The notes beneath the pieces are model-generated. The model was not told where the DNA came from. It ran no database searches and was given only the letters and a program-made list of their open reading frames with translations. The position numbers and the translations under genes were made by a program. This document shows positions 61,793 through 64,000 of a DNA stretch of 64,000 bases, one piece after another. Position 1 is the stretch's first letter; each line of letters starts with the position of its first letter. Source of the DNA: Marsupella aquatica (lineage: Eukaryota > Plantae > Marchantiophyta); NCBI GenBank assembly GCA_973895155.1, contig OZ316895.1, forward strand, positions 334,107-398,106, given 5' to 3'.

Positions 61793-63566
61793 AGAAATAG
61801 CTTTACAGTGCTATTGTCTAGGAAACAGGAGTGTTCCTATGTTGGGTTATTCTGTGGAGCCCGAACTTGTCATTTACTAAAGTTGATTGTTTTTTAAACT
61901 CGATTTCCTTCTATTGTGGAGAGGAATTGATAAACAATTACTTGTCTATGTGTTCAGACAAATTGCATTACAACCTCCGTTGTACCCTAAGATTCATTAT
62001 CGTCTCTTTTCTACTCGACTGTGTGAATTATGTGAAGATGAATTGTGTGAATTATGTGACTCTCTGCTGTGCTCTGAGTACCTAGCTCTTGTTGAGTGAC
62101 TTGACTTGGAATCCTTGAGGCTTGATCGTTTCTCAGACGTGTTACGCGCACACTGTTGTCGTAATTGTTGATCATCGCGCGCACACTGTTGTCGTAATTG
62201 TTGATCATCGCACTGTCTCACTCTGGACCCTAAGCAATCGTTCCGTAAGGAATTGGAGAGGTGTCAGATTGTTGGGACTCTTTGCTTCGGTTCTGGATCT
62301 AGCTCTTGCTCCCCAGTTATTGCGCACAATGTTGTGATAATTTGCTTTTTGTCTCTCAAGCACCCTACGCAGCTTGTTTCTCCATGGAATTGGAGAGAGG
62401 TCGGGTTTCGGGTTTAGCCTGGATTCTGGTCGGGCGACTATGGCGACGCAGTTCGTTTCGATGATATGTGGAAGGAGCTGGCAATGAAACGCCTGAGAGA
62501 GCAAGGAAGAGGTATTTCCTACGATGCAGAGCAATTCACACTTCAGATGGCCGCCGACCTTTCTGCGCGGAAGCGAATTGTTGTTAGGGAATGTCTACAA
62601 TGTAGTTGTGTTGTTGGAGATCTTCTAATGCATGATTGGAGCCCTGACAACCTCATGCGGATTGATGACCAGTGCCGGTGATGTGCGCAATTCATTTAAC
62701 AAGGGGTACAAAATTATGCAGTTAATTATTCGACAGGGATTGGAGTTTGGGCTAACTTGTTGGCCTTCAGTTGTGTTTGAGGAGGAGAGTTCAATGCATT
62801 CGTCGATGAATCCAGCCTCGGACCTGAGATGTAGGAGGTGAATCCGTTTATGTCACTCTGTATCTCCCCTCTTCGTATAGCTCAGGATCGGATTATCAGA
62901 TATGAGGACCGAAAGGGATGTAAAAGACCCCTTGACAAGAACGTCACAGCGACGAAGGACGCTGTCGAATATCACCAACCTTTCTCTCTCCGCCAGTTGG
63001 GCCAGCGATGCTCGAGAGGGTCTGAAGGCCAAGACCCCAAGCAAGACACTTAGTTTCAACGAGTCTCAGCACGGACCAATCGATCCCCAGCAACATATCA
63101 AGGAAACTAAGGAGTAGAAGTGCACAAAGGCGACATTCAATTGGAAACATCGTAATGGACGAGGACTGGAATGATTCGACCAACGTGGACAGTAGAAGCC
63201 AAAAGGATGGCGTGAGGAGGTCAGACTTAAGCAGACGGCGTCCGGCAGTCTCGAAAGAAAGTGGTGGATAATTTAAACCTGATTTGAATATCCACATTCC
63301 TCATGGAAGCAGGGAACGAAACAACATGAAGGCAGTTATGATGGCAACGGAGCCTTAAAATTTGAGAGCCATGAACAAAAGTAGTCTACGGTGACAGTGG
63401 AGTTCCTGAGAAACAGGCATCGGCCTGGAGGAGAGTGGTGTAAAGTTCCTGCGTCTAATCTGCTCAAGTGCTTGGCTTAATTACGGAGAACTATTCCCCC
63501 CTGAAGAATGAACTAAGTACTCACCATCGAATGAATCTACCTCTACTCTAGTGTACTGATCTACAC

Positions 63567-64000
63567 CTAATCTAGGTCGATTGAATCACCATCTTGTTGG
63601 TGAAGCCCAGACTCGGGATGTGTGGTGGAATCGGACATTGGATTCATCGCTGCAGTAGCACAGAGAACCTTCGGAATTATCCCAAGGAGGGTTTGCATCT
63701 CATCACATGTTCTGTTTGTCTTGATGAGCTCTGTCAACAATGCAAGTGTCTGTTGAGAGTTAATACACCGAAGTTGATGATCATGCTCCACTTTTGCCTT
63801 CTTTGCTTCGTGCAATCTGGTGGATCTGTCCCTATCTCTACTTTCTCGTGCTGTGTTCTCTCGCAATTCATTGGCATCTCGTGCAACAGCTTCTCTTGCC
63901 TCCCTTGCTTCTCTGGCAGCAGCTTCCCTGAACTCTTTTCGTTCCCGCATGTCCTCTAATCTCCATTTATCCTTTGCTTCGATGATCTGCTGCTTAAACA
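63567..64000 (-). CDS. C-terminal coiled-coil part of a probable Harbinger partner ORF (5' part outside the window)
   Basis: Frame is open to the window edge (FKQQIIEAKDKWRLEDMRERKEFREAAAREARE...LALLTELIKTNRTCDEMQTLLGII); convergent to the transposase, as in two-ORF Harbinger elements. Confidence 0.55.
   Translation of the reverse strand, partial: FKQQIIEAKDKWRLEDMRERKEFREAAAREAREAREAVARDANELRENTARESRDRDRSTRLHEAKKAKVEHDHQLRCINSQQTLALLTELIKTNRTCDEMQTLLGIIPKVLCATAAMNPMSDSTTHPESGLHQQDGDSIDLD

Larger units (their letters stand above)
58526..64000. mobile_element. PIF/Harbinger-superfamily DNA transposon, left part; continues beyond the window
   Basis: TA|GGGCGTCTCAA terminal motif at 58526 and 58646 followed by GC-rich subterminal repeats (ggtcacccgg, ccaaaaaaccgg and inverse); intact transposase at 60249-61792; convergent partner ORF from the window edge to 63567. 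The left boundary is inferred. Confidence 0.65.

Noticed and set aside
1-64000. tRNA or rRNA genes
   Set aside because: None recognised by eye; tRNAscan-SE and Infernal would be needed to exclude them.

Overview
Eukaryotic nuclear DNA, most likely from a seed-free land plant with flagellated sperm (inferred from plant-type ERO1/LIG4/GCP2/ABCG/TAF15b-like proteins plus an axonemal CFAP206 gene). Host genes in order: small Cys-rich protein (+), intronless amino-acid transporter pseudogene (-), multi-exon CFAP206 (+), multi-exon queuine tRNA-ribosyltransferase (-), DNA ligase IV (+), Gly-rich RRM TAF15b-like protein (+), multi-exon ABCG half-transporter (+), ERO1 (+) and gamma-tubulin complex component 2 (-). 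LIG4, the TAF15b-like gene, ERO1 and GCP2 have intron-free coding sequences, while their neighbours are intron-rich. Mobile DNA: a complete but decayed plant-type PIF/Harbinger element (22687-26921, TIRs, TAA TSD) nested in a ~450-bp non-autonomous element; a second PIF/Harbinger-superfamily element from about 58526 to beyond the window end, with an apparently intact spliced DDE transposase and a convergent partner ORF, sharing its terminal motif with that small element; a 739-bp solo LTR with a 4-bp TSD; candidate Helitron 3' ends; foldback MITEs; tandem repeats. All calls come from reading the sequence and remembered family motifs; no searches were run, and some exon boundaries are approximate.
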